The position numbers and the translations under genes are program-made. A stretch of DNA of 64,000 nt from contig NC_081396.1 of NCBI RefSeq assembly GCF_030684315.1, positions 5,580,001-5,644,000 of the forward strand, written 5' to 3'. Of the stretch, positions 26,044 through 38,045 are shown piece by piece; positions within the stretch are counted from its first letter, which is position 1; every line of letters starts with the position of its first letter. The notes beneath the pieces were generated by a model. The model did no database searches, was not told the DNA's origin, and saw only the letters and a program-made list of their open reading frames with translations. The DNA is from Stegostoma tigrinum (lineage: Eukaryota).

Positions 26044-26353
26044 ATTCCCCTTCACTGGTGTCCCGCAGTCCGGCTGTACAAAGCTCTGTAACCGGAGACA
26101 CTGTTACTTTAAGCTGTGAATATTCAGGATTCTGTCAGTACACAGTTTCCTGGTACAGGCAGTCCCCAGAAGAGGGTCTGAAATATTTGCTTCAGAGCTA
26201 CACATCAGGAGATCAGAATAAAGAAAGTGCAGCTGGAGGCAGAATTTCTGCTGCTGTTGACTCCTCGACAAAAATCAGTCGATTAAAAATCTCCACAATA
26301 CAACTGAGTGACTCTGCTGTTTATTACTGTGCACTGGGTCGGCGCTCAGCACA
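26044..26353 (+). CDS. Leaderless supporting TCR-delta V (STCR-delta V) of the NAR-TCR
   Basis: ccacag acceptor in phase 1 with the J donor at 20599. DSPSLVSRSP...LSCEYSGFCQYTVSWYRQ...LSDSAVYYCALGRRSA. Extra CDR1 Cys; no upstream leader exon seen. Confidence 0.93.
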
Positions 26354-26392
26354 CACAGTGATCGAGAACATGGTCAGAGCAGTACAAAAACA
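26354..26392 (+). promoter_or_regulatory. 23-RSS of supporting V-delta
   Basis: cacagtg + 23 bp + acaaaaaca. Confidence 0.95.
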
Positions 26393-26790
26393 GAATGGGA
26401 ATTGCATACCAAATGATACAGAACATGGACACAGCTATGAAAACACATGAACATACTGGCGATTATGGCATAGTAATTCAGAGCACAGACAGAGCCGTAC
26501 AAAAACCTGAACAGAATGGGAATTAGAGATAAAATGATACAGAGCATGGAGGCAGCAGGACAAACACATGAATACATTGGCGATTACAACCCGGTAATGC
26601 AGAGCACGGAGAGAGCTGCACAAATACCTGAACAGAATGGGAATTGCAGGCAACATTATGCAGGACACGCACAGAATTGTATAAAACTATGAACACACTC
26701 GAAAGAGCCATACAAAAACCTTCACGGACTAAAGATTACAGATACGGCAAAGCAGAGAGCAGCGAGAGCAGTACGAAAAAAGAATGTGTG
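26393..26790 (+). repeat. Tandem array (~60-bp period) of degenerate 23-RSS copies
   Basis: Nonamer-like motifs at 26439, 26499, 26560, 26620, 26681, 26712 and 26773, each preceded by sequence resembling the true RSS spacer. Confidence 0.85.
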
Positions 26791-29700
26791 CAGTGGTTTG
26801 CAGGTGTACAATGTGGGAAATTTGAGAATCGAATCTGCACGATATAAATGGCACTAACTGTTTAGTAATGCATTATGTATAATGAAACAGTCTTTTCTTT
26901 CAATAAGCACTTTTGGTGTTTTGTGAAAATTAACTTCAATTATCACTTACTGAAATTTTGAACACTGTTATTGTAAAATTGGTCGACGAGACAGATGGTA
27001 TTTTTTTCTGCACAGGGAGTGGGAGGAGAAAGCAGATACAATGAGCACTTGGAAAATTGTATTAAAACTTCAGACATAACGGATATTGACAACGTGACAG
27101 ATGCATGAGCATTTGATTTTAAATTTTTATTTATGTTTTCTTGCGTACGAATAAGCTCAAGTTTAATTGCAGTTGGACAAATACTATCGAAGAAGCTTTT
27201 TTAATGCAAAAAGTATCTGAAAAGTGTTTCTCACTGCTCACATGGAGGTTTAGTAAAAACAATAGATTCAGTTCAGCTGAGCTTCAGTCATCAAGAATTA
27301 ATCATTTCTATTTGCCAATTTGATGCATCATGGAAGCGATATTTTTCCATCAAGGATGTTGATTTTTCAACTTCGCCTCAGATTGAATTTACAAGGAGAT
27401 TTTATTTTAACTGATTTTATTTCTGCAACTTATGTGGCGTGTTTGAGATTTGAGGTCATCGTGAGAACTTACCCTACGACTCGGAATTTTCAGTTAGTTT
27501 CAGTTTGTGTATATTCTGCTGTGGTTTTACTGTCACTCCCTGGGAAGTGCATCTGCTGTGTCCTGGCAACTTAAATTTCCTACAACCAATTGTTTGATTC
27601 GACCACATTTCCCTGAGCCGCTGAGGTTTACATTACGTAAAATATATAGGTCAGGGTTAATCAGCCATCAATTTGAGAATGCCAGACATGTGCGCTCCAC
27701 ACTACCCTGTCACCCCTCTCACAACAATAAACCCTTTCCACAAAAGCACTTTTCTCTTCTTTTCCATTTTCCCTCCTGCATTATTCCTGCTCCTGATAAC
27801 TGCATCAAATCCACCAGTTCCATGCTCTAAATTTATCAATGAGTTCAATATTTTAAAAGAGTCCTCTTTTTAAAAAAATTAAATTCTTTCTCTATCTGCT
27901 ACGTTTTTGAACTTGTGCATTGATAGTTTTTTATCCTGCAATCATCGACAATATAAAATTTTCTACCACCACCTCTTTGAACTCGTTCATTATTTAAAAT
28001 ATTTCGATGAAGTCTGCTCTTCATTCCGTCTGTTTCAGTGAAACGTGGACTAGTTTGTGTTCACTCTTCACACCAGTGTGCATTTCTGTTGATCGATCTC
28101 TTTTCTCAAGCACAGAGGCCAGTCATAGTTTGGAAGATGTGAATATCAGAAACAGACACAAGCAGGACATTCCACCTGAAAGCCTACTCGCAGTCAACTC
28201 TGAAGAACAAACATTTTACTTTATTATACATTCGTGGGTGCGTGAATCATTAGCTAGGCCTGCAGCTTTTGTGAAAAACTAATTGCTGTGGACTCGGAAG
28301 TGGGGCAACAACCTACTTCAGTCACAGCAGACCTCACGAATAAGAATACCCACAATTCTGGTGAAGAGAGAGTTCCAGAATTTTGGCTCACAGTAAGTGT
28401 GGAAATTGTTTCGGTGAGTCAAAGTTTTTGTGATGAATTTGTAATAATTAGTTGCTACTTATACTGAGGAAATATTGGAAATCTCGTGCTCTTGTTATAG
28501 GAACTAACGCCCCAGATTAAATTACCAGTGTCGACGTGGATTAATTATTCAAGAAATAAGGATTCAGGAATAAAGTTTATAAGTGGTGCAGTAAGAGTAG
28601 ACTGAAAAGATGTATTCCCTTGTTTGAGACGTTAGTGAAACAGGTGCATTGTTTTAAAAGTTTTCCATAAAACATTGAGAGGAAAGAAGATAATGTTTTT
28701 AAGCTGGACCCTGTGTGTGGTCTGGAACTAGCTGGTTGAAATGACAGCAGACACATCACACTTGAACCCGCTTAGCAAAGGTACATATACCATACATTTT
28801 GAAACTTCATGCTTATTGCAAAAGGAAACGTAATTAAGGCAATACTGGGAAATTTAACGAGGTTTGATGGCTTTTTTCTCAGTCAGCGATGGTCAGAGTC
28901 GTTTATTTTTTGCTATGAAATTGTCGATATTTTATTACTGTTCTATATGTCAAAACATTTCAACGTTCTCTGACACAGGGGTTTCATATTATGCACTTTG
29001 CTGTTGATTGGAGCTGGAATGGATACATTGCCTTCTTCTGTGCTGCACTTGCCATTCAGATCTTTTTGAAATTTATGACTTCCGTGATAATCTGTAGGTG
29101 TTTCATTCGGCATCAGCCATCATTGCGTTGGCATGTGATCAATTATCAGATACTTCGACTTGTTCAGAGATTGCTGCACACTCCAGGAATAGGGACCACT
29201 TGAACCAGGATGTTTGGGCTCATATTTGACCGAGAACTCTTGGCTTCTTGTAAAATGTAGCAGTGATAATTACACAAGACATTCTCTGAAACAAGTGATT
29301 GTCTCAATTACTTCTTCAGTCACTTATCTTCTTGTTTATATTACTACACACATTCGTATTTCTTAGTGCTTAATACAGTACTCAGAAACCCAGACACATT
29401 CTGGTCGTGTTGCACGAAACAATGTCATTGTTCCTATTTCAAATGACTTTGCCTCGATTTTTGTTTCAGTCAACCCTACTTTTGATTCTGTTACTCCAGC
29501 TTCTTTCTCTGTTTATGTTGCAAGAAACTGTGCTGGTGTGAATACTCAGTTAGATAAAGTGCCTTTGTATGTTGCATTAAAATCAGTGCTTCCAAACTCT
29601 AATGTACCATTCTGTCTTGCTCTCAGTATGTCTGCTGTACTGATGGGCTACTCTGAACATGACGTCTGATTATTTTTCATGATTACCTAAGGGTAAAACA

Positions 29701-31839
29701 CTGGGCTACATTATGTCTCTAATCTCTTCAGCCTGTGTTTTTGAACTGAGTAGGCAATTTGTGAATCTCCACAGTTCACCATGTTTGTTTTCATATTGCA
29801 CTATGAGCTTTGTTAGCTTTTGGTGCAAGCGGTCATCTACTGTTAATGCCACCTGAGAGCTTGCAATGACCGATGTTACATAAATCTTGTAGCCATCACT
29901 CGTACATTTGATGCTACAGATCTAAGCCATACATCATATATGACGTCACGTAATACAAACCCTCTTTACACTGCACCAGGTATTTGTAAACTTTAATTCC
30001 ATCTGATATCATGGTGCACATTCAATCATTTGCTGCACCTTCCGACATGTGTTGTTTAGAAGAAACAAAAACAGATCTGCAGTTCCCCTTGGTACAGAAG
30101 TTGCTTTCAATATTCTCATTTCGTACACCCTACTACGTATTGAATCATGATCGCAAATAGATGTGATTGTAACCTATTGAAATGCTTACGTGATGTTAAT
30201 GCTGAAATATTAAAATAATTCAAAATAAACTAAAGTTACAAAGCTGTCTAAATGTCAAGGTCTTTAACCCATTGCCATTGTATACATGTGCCTTGCATAG
30301 TCATCAGCTTCCTACAATTTAGAACATGGAACAGATGGGAATGGACTGAATTAGGTTCGTGAGAAGATCTAATGTCTGCATCTAGAAAAAGCAATTACAC
30401 TTGCTATTGGCTTAAAGACGTGGTTTATGGTGAGATTGAGACAGACAGCAGTTCAGCTACAAGTATAATAACATCATCCTCTTTACAATATTGAAAAAGA
30501 AAAGTACAGAACCGTGATTCAAACTGGGTGTTCGATAGATTGCAATCAAACTGCATTGTGCGTCTCACCAGGAATAAATGAGGGAAAACATGAATATTTG
30601 GCAGAGCCGAGCTGCACAACTTTGGGAAATACTTTCATTTCTGAAAGACAATGCACGGACAAGCTATTCTTCCCCTTTATGCCGTTTGCTATCCGATTAT
30701 CATTGGCATTAGCATTCCTGAGAAGGAGTAGATCTCAAATAAGTTATTCACAGTGGTATGAAACGCTGGAAGTGATTTATCTCCCCTTTCAGGACCTGGG
30801 TGCATTGTTCTGACATACACCACTGTCTGAACATTAGGGATAGTAACCAATTACCAAGATATGTATGTGCCTTACATAATACTGAACTTGGTAATGATAA
30901 GCTACAGTACATCACTTAAGCTTATATTTCAATTTATTATGATATATTTATGAACATTCTGTTTATTGTATGGCTGAAATATGGAACTTCGTGTGTGGCT
31001 TAGCGATGTCAAATTGTTGTTGGACATTAGGTTCCACCCTAAGGTGGAATACTGCCGTTTTCTTTTAATTATTATTATAATTATGGGAAGTAATTGCATA
31101 TCACAATGTGGCAGCTTACAATTTCTACCGTTGTCTTATCACAGTGTCGGAAATAGATTATGAGAGCTCAATGACGATATTAGCTGCAATTTAAGATAAA
31201 AATGCTTCTGTTGCTTACAAGAATATATAGCGCGAACATTGGATTGAAGTATTAATTATCGTATAGTTAGATCCAGCTGAGTTTCTTCATTGTTAATGCA
31301 GGCTTTGGAATTAAGAATTGAAACCTTTAAAAGATGAAATTGCAGTTGATAGATTTTAAGTCCATTGTGCATGTGGTCTTGATCAATGCATTTGTTCATT
31401 TTGGATAGCCATATTTTCAATCATTAGTGCAACGGGAGTCTCCCATGGTAATGTCAACCTTATTTGGCAATCTCCAGTGCTCCACATTAGTAGAGAGAGT
31501 TGTGCCAGCTGTAACACGAGGGCTGAAATTCTTACAGGAGATTAACCAAGCATAGCTTGCGCACAAATACATAATATTAAACGGAAACATCCTTGAGGTA
31601 GAAGTTAGATGATAAGTAATGTCCAAAACAAAGCAGGCATGTCATTGAGAAAGTAATCTCAAAAGACTCAGGCTTCAGCCGTTAAATGAATTAATGACAC
31701 AGGGATTGATTTCAAAATCAGGAATGCAGAACAGAAAAGAATTAGAGGGACACTGAGATGCGAGAGGTATTTGGAGTAGGGCTGGGCTGGCATTGGGAAG
31801 ATAAAGATAGCGTTTTAAAAGTCGAAAGATGAGCTCATT

Positions 31840-32060
31840 ACTTCTTTCTTTCTTTTCGTCTTTCTTTCTCTCTTTCTGTCTTTCCCTCTTTCTCGCTTGT
31901 CTTCTTTCTTTCTCTCCCTTTTTATTTCTTCCATCTCTCTTCCTTTCTTTCTCAGTTTTGTTCTTTCGCTCTTTCTTTCTTTCTCTCTTCCTTCATTTCA
32001 TCCTTTCATTCTTCTCTTTCTTTCACTCTTTATTTCGTTTTTCTTTCTCCCTCAATCTCA
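31840..32060. repeat. Pyrimidine-rich (CTTT)n low-complexity tract
   Basis: Seen directly in the sequence. Confidence 0.9.
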
Positions 32061-32544
32061 CGCATTCTCTCATATTCAAAATCCCTCTCACATGCACAAT
32101 CACTCTGTCAAAATCATCATATTCATGATAAACTCTCTCATTCCCAGTAATTCTCATACACATATACACTCTGTCACACTTTTTCTTACACACTACCATG
32201 CTTTCACTCACACACTGACACTGCCAAACCTGAGTTTCGGACGTACTCTTACTCACCGATATACTCACAAAAAGCGAAGGAAAAATGTTTCAACCTATAG
32301 TTTTCACTTTCTGCCATTTTCACTTACCAACCACTTAATCTGAACGATCCACATCTTTTCTCACAAGCATTCTTCAGCTCCCCACCCTCAACTCCCCAAA
32401 CCATAGCATTAATGTTGGCCCATTCCAGACTTCACTTCATCTCTGATCGAGTGTCATGTGTACTACAGCTTTAGCTTGTTCCCTCTCTGCCGACACTGTC
32501 TGACTCACTGTAATCCCAATCATTTGTTGCTTCTGTGTCGATAT

Positions 32545-32764
32545 CTACGTCACTTTTCCAATGAGACTTTAACAGATGGATCCTAATCTCCTCTTGAACA
32601 TCTTACCTCATGATTTATCGAGATATTATAAAATTACTACTCCTTTGGTGCTCGTTTTGTGCTCGATATTTACCACAATTCATTGTGCCAGGACTGGACA
32701 CTGATGTTAAAACTGCTATGAGGCCCACAATGTTGAATGTTGCCACCAATGTGTTGCACGAGAA
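32545..32764 (+). pseudogene. Probable decayed V 3' remnant
   Basis: PLEHL...SFGARF...AMRP, then cacaatg (32726) + 23 bp + weak nonamer gcacgagaa. Confidence 0.4.
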
Positions 32765-32920
32765 AGTGCAGAACAAACAACATTGCAGACGACTCAGGCC
32801 ATTATTGCTGTTGTTATTTTTATTATTATTAATAATAATAATCCTAATAATAATATTCACAAATTGTTTTAGCAGGTGTTTCAGTTGTACCTGTCAACAG
32901 CTGACAATGTACATTTGTTG

Positions 32921-33272
32921 AACATAGAACGTAGAACAATACAGCGCAGAACAGGCCATTCAGCCTTCGATGTTGCGCCGATCTGTAAACTAATCTAAGC
33001 CCCTACCCCTACACTATCCCATCATCAGCCATATGTTTGTGCAAGCATTGGTTAAATTACCCTCATGTGGCTGCGTTAGCTACATTGGCAGGCAGGGCGT
33101 ACCATGCCTTTACCACTCTCTGAGTAAGGAAACTGCCTCTGACATCTGCCTTAAATCTATCACCCCTCAGTTTGCAGCTATGCCCCCTTGTACTAGCTGA
33201 AGTCATCATCCTTGGAAAAAGACTTTCACTGTCCACCCTATCTAATCCTCTGATCATCTTGTATGTATCAAT
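32921..33272 (-). mobile_element. Relatively young CR1-type LINE 3' fragment
   Basis: MIRGLDRVDSESLFP...TRGH..KLRGDRFKADVRGSFLTQRVVKAW and a (ttcta)n tail. Confidence 0.9.
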
Positions 33273-33283
33273 TTAAATTGATA

Positions 33284-34050
33284 CTACGTGGCAAACAATG
33301 TGGCAGAAGCTGACCATAACAGGATGAAATTCCCAGAGATGACAAATAGTAGAATAATAGATTTCCTTCGCATTTCCAACTCTGGGTTTCGTGCAATGCC
33401 TTCACTGCTCTGACTATACAGTTTCTTGCAGGCTCTGTTTGTCACCAAATTATGTAAAACAGTCCAAGAATTTATCAAGAGAATGAGGACGAGTGGAATT
33501 ACAGGGCATAGAATGTGACGAAGGAACTCTATTGAACCCGAAATAGGAGGCTCAAGAATTCCAGTTATTCCACCACAAAGTCAAGGAATGTTCTCCAACC
33601 AATCCTCATCCATTAACACAAAATACCAGAAAATGGTTTTGATACAGTTCATTACAGTCACTGTAGCCAGAAGCATAACTGCTTTTCTCAACGTGCATGA
33701 TTTACAGTTCAGCTTTTGACAAAAAATGACCACAAGTATATCAAAAGTGAAAGCGACAGTGAGCAAGACAGAACAAGAAGTGACTACATAAACCAGGACA
33801 ACATGGATATTGCACACAGGGATAGAATACAGGAAAAGAAACAGTGATGTGGAAACGATTGGAATATTTCTCCACATCAGGTCAAGAGCTGTAATTGTAG
33901 ATCTCCTGCAGCAACTGTCGAAAGGTATTGGATGCTGCATGTGGAGAATGCTTTTTTTTAACGAAACGATGCCAAAATAGTCAGAAAGAAATGCAAAGAA
34001 ATGTAAGAAAAAAACAAACTTTGTGTTAACTTGGAAGCAAACTTACCAGC
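33284..34050 (-). pseudogene. GPR139-like class A GPCR pseudogene
   Basis: IPVCNIHVVLVYVVTSCSVLLTVAFTFDILVVIFCQKL..NCIKTIFWYF and NPELEMRRKSIILLFVISGNFILLW. Frameshifted and 3'-truncated at the LINE. Confidence 0.85.
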
Positions 34051-35428
34051 TTGATTGTGCATATTTTAAGATTGTCGATGCATTCATGTGGCCAGTGAAG
34101 GACTAAAATAATTTAAACTTTGAAAAAATTTTTCCTAGCAAACATAATTCATCTTTCAACAAAATCTGCCACTTTATACAAAATAGTATGAGCATGAAAT
34201 AGCACAGAAGTAATATCACTTCAGGTAATGAAGCAAAATGGGTAATCTGCTTACAGCGTGCAGTAGAACAGAATTAATAGTTTCAGAAACAATCAGCATC
34301 AAACGATTTGAGCAATAGTATAAGAAGTTGTAATGAACTCAGTGAAGCAGTTCAGAAGAGGCTGGGTGGTTGTGATCTGAAATCAACTCAGTTAATGCAC
34401 CTGATCATTATTCGTTGATTACCAGGGAATCAAACAGGCCTTGTTTACATAATTAATTGACTATGGATTATTTGTGAGACACCAATCCAAATCCTGCTTC
34501 TCCTCATTATCCATCACTTCCGGGTAAATTAGGAGAAATGAGACAGAGTGACAATTGCAATTTCCTCTGGAAATTTCACAGGGACTTTGGATTTATTATG
34601 GGATATGGACACAAGTCCTGCTTCTAATGCAGAATGTACAAATTTAATCCAATGCTTAAATCTAGGGTCAAATATGCATCTAATGGTGACAATGAAACAA
34701 CTGTCAAAAAAACCCTATATTCACCCAGAGAGAGAGGTCGGAGGGAAGACCATGAGAGAGAGATGCGGAGAGAAAGCGTATGGTTTCAGATAGACCCCAG
34801 CAGAAAGATGTACTGTGATGAGCTTCAAGATCGTTATTGTTGTGGTAATGTTGCGCGTACGTAAATAGTTATTCATGTCACATGTGAAGAAGTACACAGG
34901 TTCCAAAGTACAAATCGATATTTCAGGATTAATGTGGGTACAGGACTCTTTTTAAGGAGAGTGGACACAGTGTGGCATAAGGCTTTGGCTACAAAGCGGA
35001 CAGATACTATCCTTACATCATTGGATGATTGAAATGAAGTTGAAATGCAATGCGTCACCTGTTCATAGCTTTATACCCTGAAGGGCGACATTGAGCAGTC
35101 ACCTGGAAACTGCAATCGAAGACGAGAATTTCCACCTTGCAGTTACATGTACGCACCACTAGAGTGTAGTGTGAATCTGCGGTAAGTGTTAAAAGTGAGA
35201 GCCAGGGAAGGAACGACCTTCCAGAAAGTTAAAACCAGTTGTCAGTGTGAAACACTTGTTATGGAAACACGCACTGGGCCATATCTTCTTCTGTAACTTC
35301 AACAAGAAGTTAGAAGTGAACAGAGCTTTGTCCTAGATGCTCATTCTTATAAATTGATTACTTCCATCGAGTTTCTCAACTGATATCAGCCACCAATTGT
35401 TTTCGCTGACTTTTCTTGCACTCTGATA

Positions 35429-35763
35429 ATGTTCCAAATTTGCAGGGTTCTCTTACTGTTCCCGACTCTGATCTCCATAGGAGTGATTGCAGCAGTCGAC
35501 ATGATGAAACTTCCTCCGTGGATGGTTGTTAGTGAATTGGGAATGGTGTCCATGAACTGCTCCATTGCTGCCATTAAATGTACCCCTGTGCATTGGTCCA
35601 GACAGCTGCCAAATCAGCCACCCGAGCATTTAGTGATGACCAGAAGAGAAGCCAACCAGCCTACGAGGGTAACCACTTCAATCAGTGGAGACTACAAAAC
35701 CAGTACACTGACTGTGAGAGAGACCAGAATTAGTGACACTGCCACCTACATTTGTGCCAGTCA
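35429..35763 (+). CDS. Open-frame TCR-like V with contiguous leader-like peptide; probably non-rearranging
   Basis: MFQICRVLLLFPTLISIGVIA..SMNCSIAAIKCTPVHWSRQLPNQPPEHL...ISDTATYICASQ; Cys23, Trp41 and Cys104 present. Confidence 0.75.
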
Positions 35764-35802
35764 GACAGTGTCACCAACAGATGGAGAGTCCACACAAAAA
35801 CC
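35764..35802 (+). promoter_or_regulatory. 23-RSS with mutated first heptamer base
   Basis: gacagtg + 23 bp + perfect acaaaaacc. Confidence 0.85.
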
Positions 35803-37393
35803 TGAAGAGTGACAGTTCTGTTATGTTAATTTTGACACAAAGTGTCAGTAAAAACCGGGTTTGTGGGGAATGAGGGTAAAATACAACAGAAAATATGGTG
35901 CATCAAAATTTAAAGATGGTCAGGAGTGAATAAAACTGGAGATGCCAATGGAGATGTAGGAACAGTATATTTGCAAATGAGCAGCATTTGAGGAAGAAAC
36001 AGAAAGTGGAGAAATACACTCATACTACTTTCAGAGAACAGAATGTGAAAAACTATTGAAGGAGAAATGCATGAAAGTGAAACCTACGATAGTGGTGCAC
36101 AGAAATGAAAGCTCTGTTTAAATTATAAATAAATGAAACGTGAAGAAAAGGTGAAGGCCTTTCCTGAACATTGTTCATATTTCCATCATAGTTAAACGAT
36201 TTAATCGTCAAAATAACTATTCCTGAAAACTCAGCTCCTGATAATGTCTCACCCACAAATAGTTATTTGTCGTGCACATTGCCTGGTGATTCCACTAGAG
36301 AATGCAATAATCAACCTCAATTAAACTCAATTAAATTATTATCTTCCTGTAGACTCTTCGAGTCAGCCTCACGACTTGCCTTGCCACTTCTTATTCTGTC
36401 ATTTGTAAACTTGGCCACACAACGTTCGCTTCGGTCAGAATATGGGTGTCTTGTTCATGCGTGTCTGCCCTCACACCATTCCCATTTAGATTTTGATGGA
36501 CTTTATCACAATGTCTTTTATTTTCTTTAAAAACAAATTCTTTTCCTTTTATTGGCGCCGCTGGCATTCATCTGTGATATTATGGTGGTGAGGCATTTTC
36601 TTGACGCGCTGCAGTGCACCTGTTAATGAGACAGGAGTCACATTTACAATGTCATAAAAGCAATATTTCGTTCTACAGTTTCATTTATTCAGAACTTGCT
36701 GCAAGATTTATTTAGTTCCAGATAGTAGGAACTGTCAACGCTGGAGAATCTGAGATAACAAGGTGTAGAGATGAATGAACGGAGCAGGCCAAACAGTATC
36801 AGAGGAGCGGGTAAGCTGACGTTTAAGGTCGTGATCCTAATTCAGAAGATTTTCCGATTCTTTTCATGTCTCTGAACGAAACATTTTCAGCTTCAACCAG
36901 CTCTGCTCATATTCACCTTGATCTCTTTGCAATCATGTCGCTGAGAGTTCTGTGTTTATTCTTTACTGCTGCAGGTTTTCCAACTGGGAAGTTCGCACCT
37001 TGTGGAACTCTACACCTCAGCTGTTCACGCGGATTACATTTAAACGAGCAGCTCAATAAATATAGAGGGAAGGCTGCACCCTCCCCGAATTGAAATAATC
37101 ATCTGGACCTAGACTTGGCCCGACACCTGGCACTATGTGGGTGAAGTTAGTGAACATCCACGTGTGAAAAATGGCGGATTAGTTAAGCTGGGAATCCAAA
37201 CAGGAAGGAGGACATTGAGATGATTTGACGGCAAGGCACGTTTTAAAACCATAGGACTGTTTGCAGATATTCCTTCAAATCGTAGGAGATGAAGTGGGAA
37301 ATGACCTCATTAGAAGGCGTGGCCTGTATATTAAAGAACTCTTTTCTTCAGCTATAGAAGCCTTTTCCCTTCCCAGCAGTTGAGATGCACACA

Positions 37394-37652
37394 ATGCATC
37401 CACGTTTATTTTCATTGCCATATTTAGCAGGCTATTGTTCTCGGTGATGAGCCAATTGTGGACAATAAGAATATGCGTTTTACGCAACTTACCGTTGCCG
37501 TTGACTCTTACTCGACAGTTTTGAGCAGATTCCATCTCACATACAACAGGAACATTAAAGTGAATGAGGGAGATGATGTCTAATTGTTCTGTAAATACAC
37601 CACAACACAGTAATCCTTATTTGTTCTGGTACTGTAGAACCCCAGAAGAGCC
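37394..37652 (+). pseudogene. 3'-truncated TCR V pseudogene
   Basis: Frameshifted leader with GT at 37444. ADSISH..KVNEGDDV*LFCKYTT..SNPYLFWYCRTPEEP, cut off by a purine-rich tract. Confidence 0.75.
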
Positions 37653-38045
37653 ATGGAGCAGGGAATGGTCAGGGAAGGAAGGGCAGGGTGGAAAGGACAG
37701 GAAAGACAGGGAGAAAGAAAGGCAGATGGAGAGAAAAAAGAGAGACAAAGAGGCAGATGGGTGCAAAGAGAGAGAGGGATAAAAAGAGAGAAGGACAGGG
37801 AGAGAAACTGTATGCAAAAGGGGCTGAAACATAGACACAAACAAAGAAAGAAACAGAGCAAGGGAGACAGAGAAAAGGAGTGGCTGCCAGTGAGAGAGAG
37901 AAGGAATGAAAAAAGAGGGAAGGAGATACAATCATATAAAGAGAAAAAGGCACAAAGAAAGAGAGAAAACGGGACAGCCTGAGAAAGCCGTACGATACAA
38001 GACAGAGAGAAAAGGGAGAACGTCGGTTAGAGACAAACAGGAGTT
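37653..38045. repeat. Purine-rich (AG/AAAG) low-complexity tract
   Basis: Seen directly in the sequence. Confidence 0.85.

Noticed and set aside
26393-26790. Repeat-spacer appearance suggesting a CRISPR array
   Set aside because: Vertebrate DNA, whole units are homologous (no unique spacers), no cas genes, and the units derive from the adjacent RSS.
31829-32343. Long hydrophobic ORFs, also 37564-38249, 21724-21937 and 59682-59962
   Set aside because: Products of low-complexity or microsatellite sequence.
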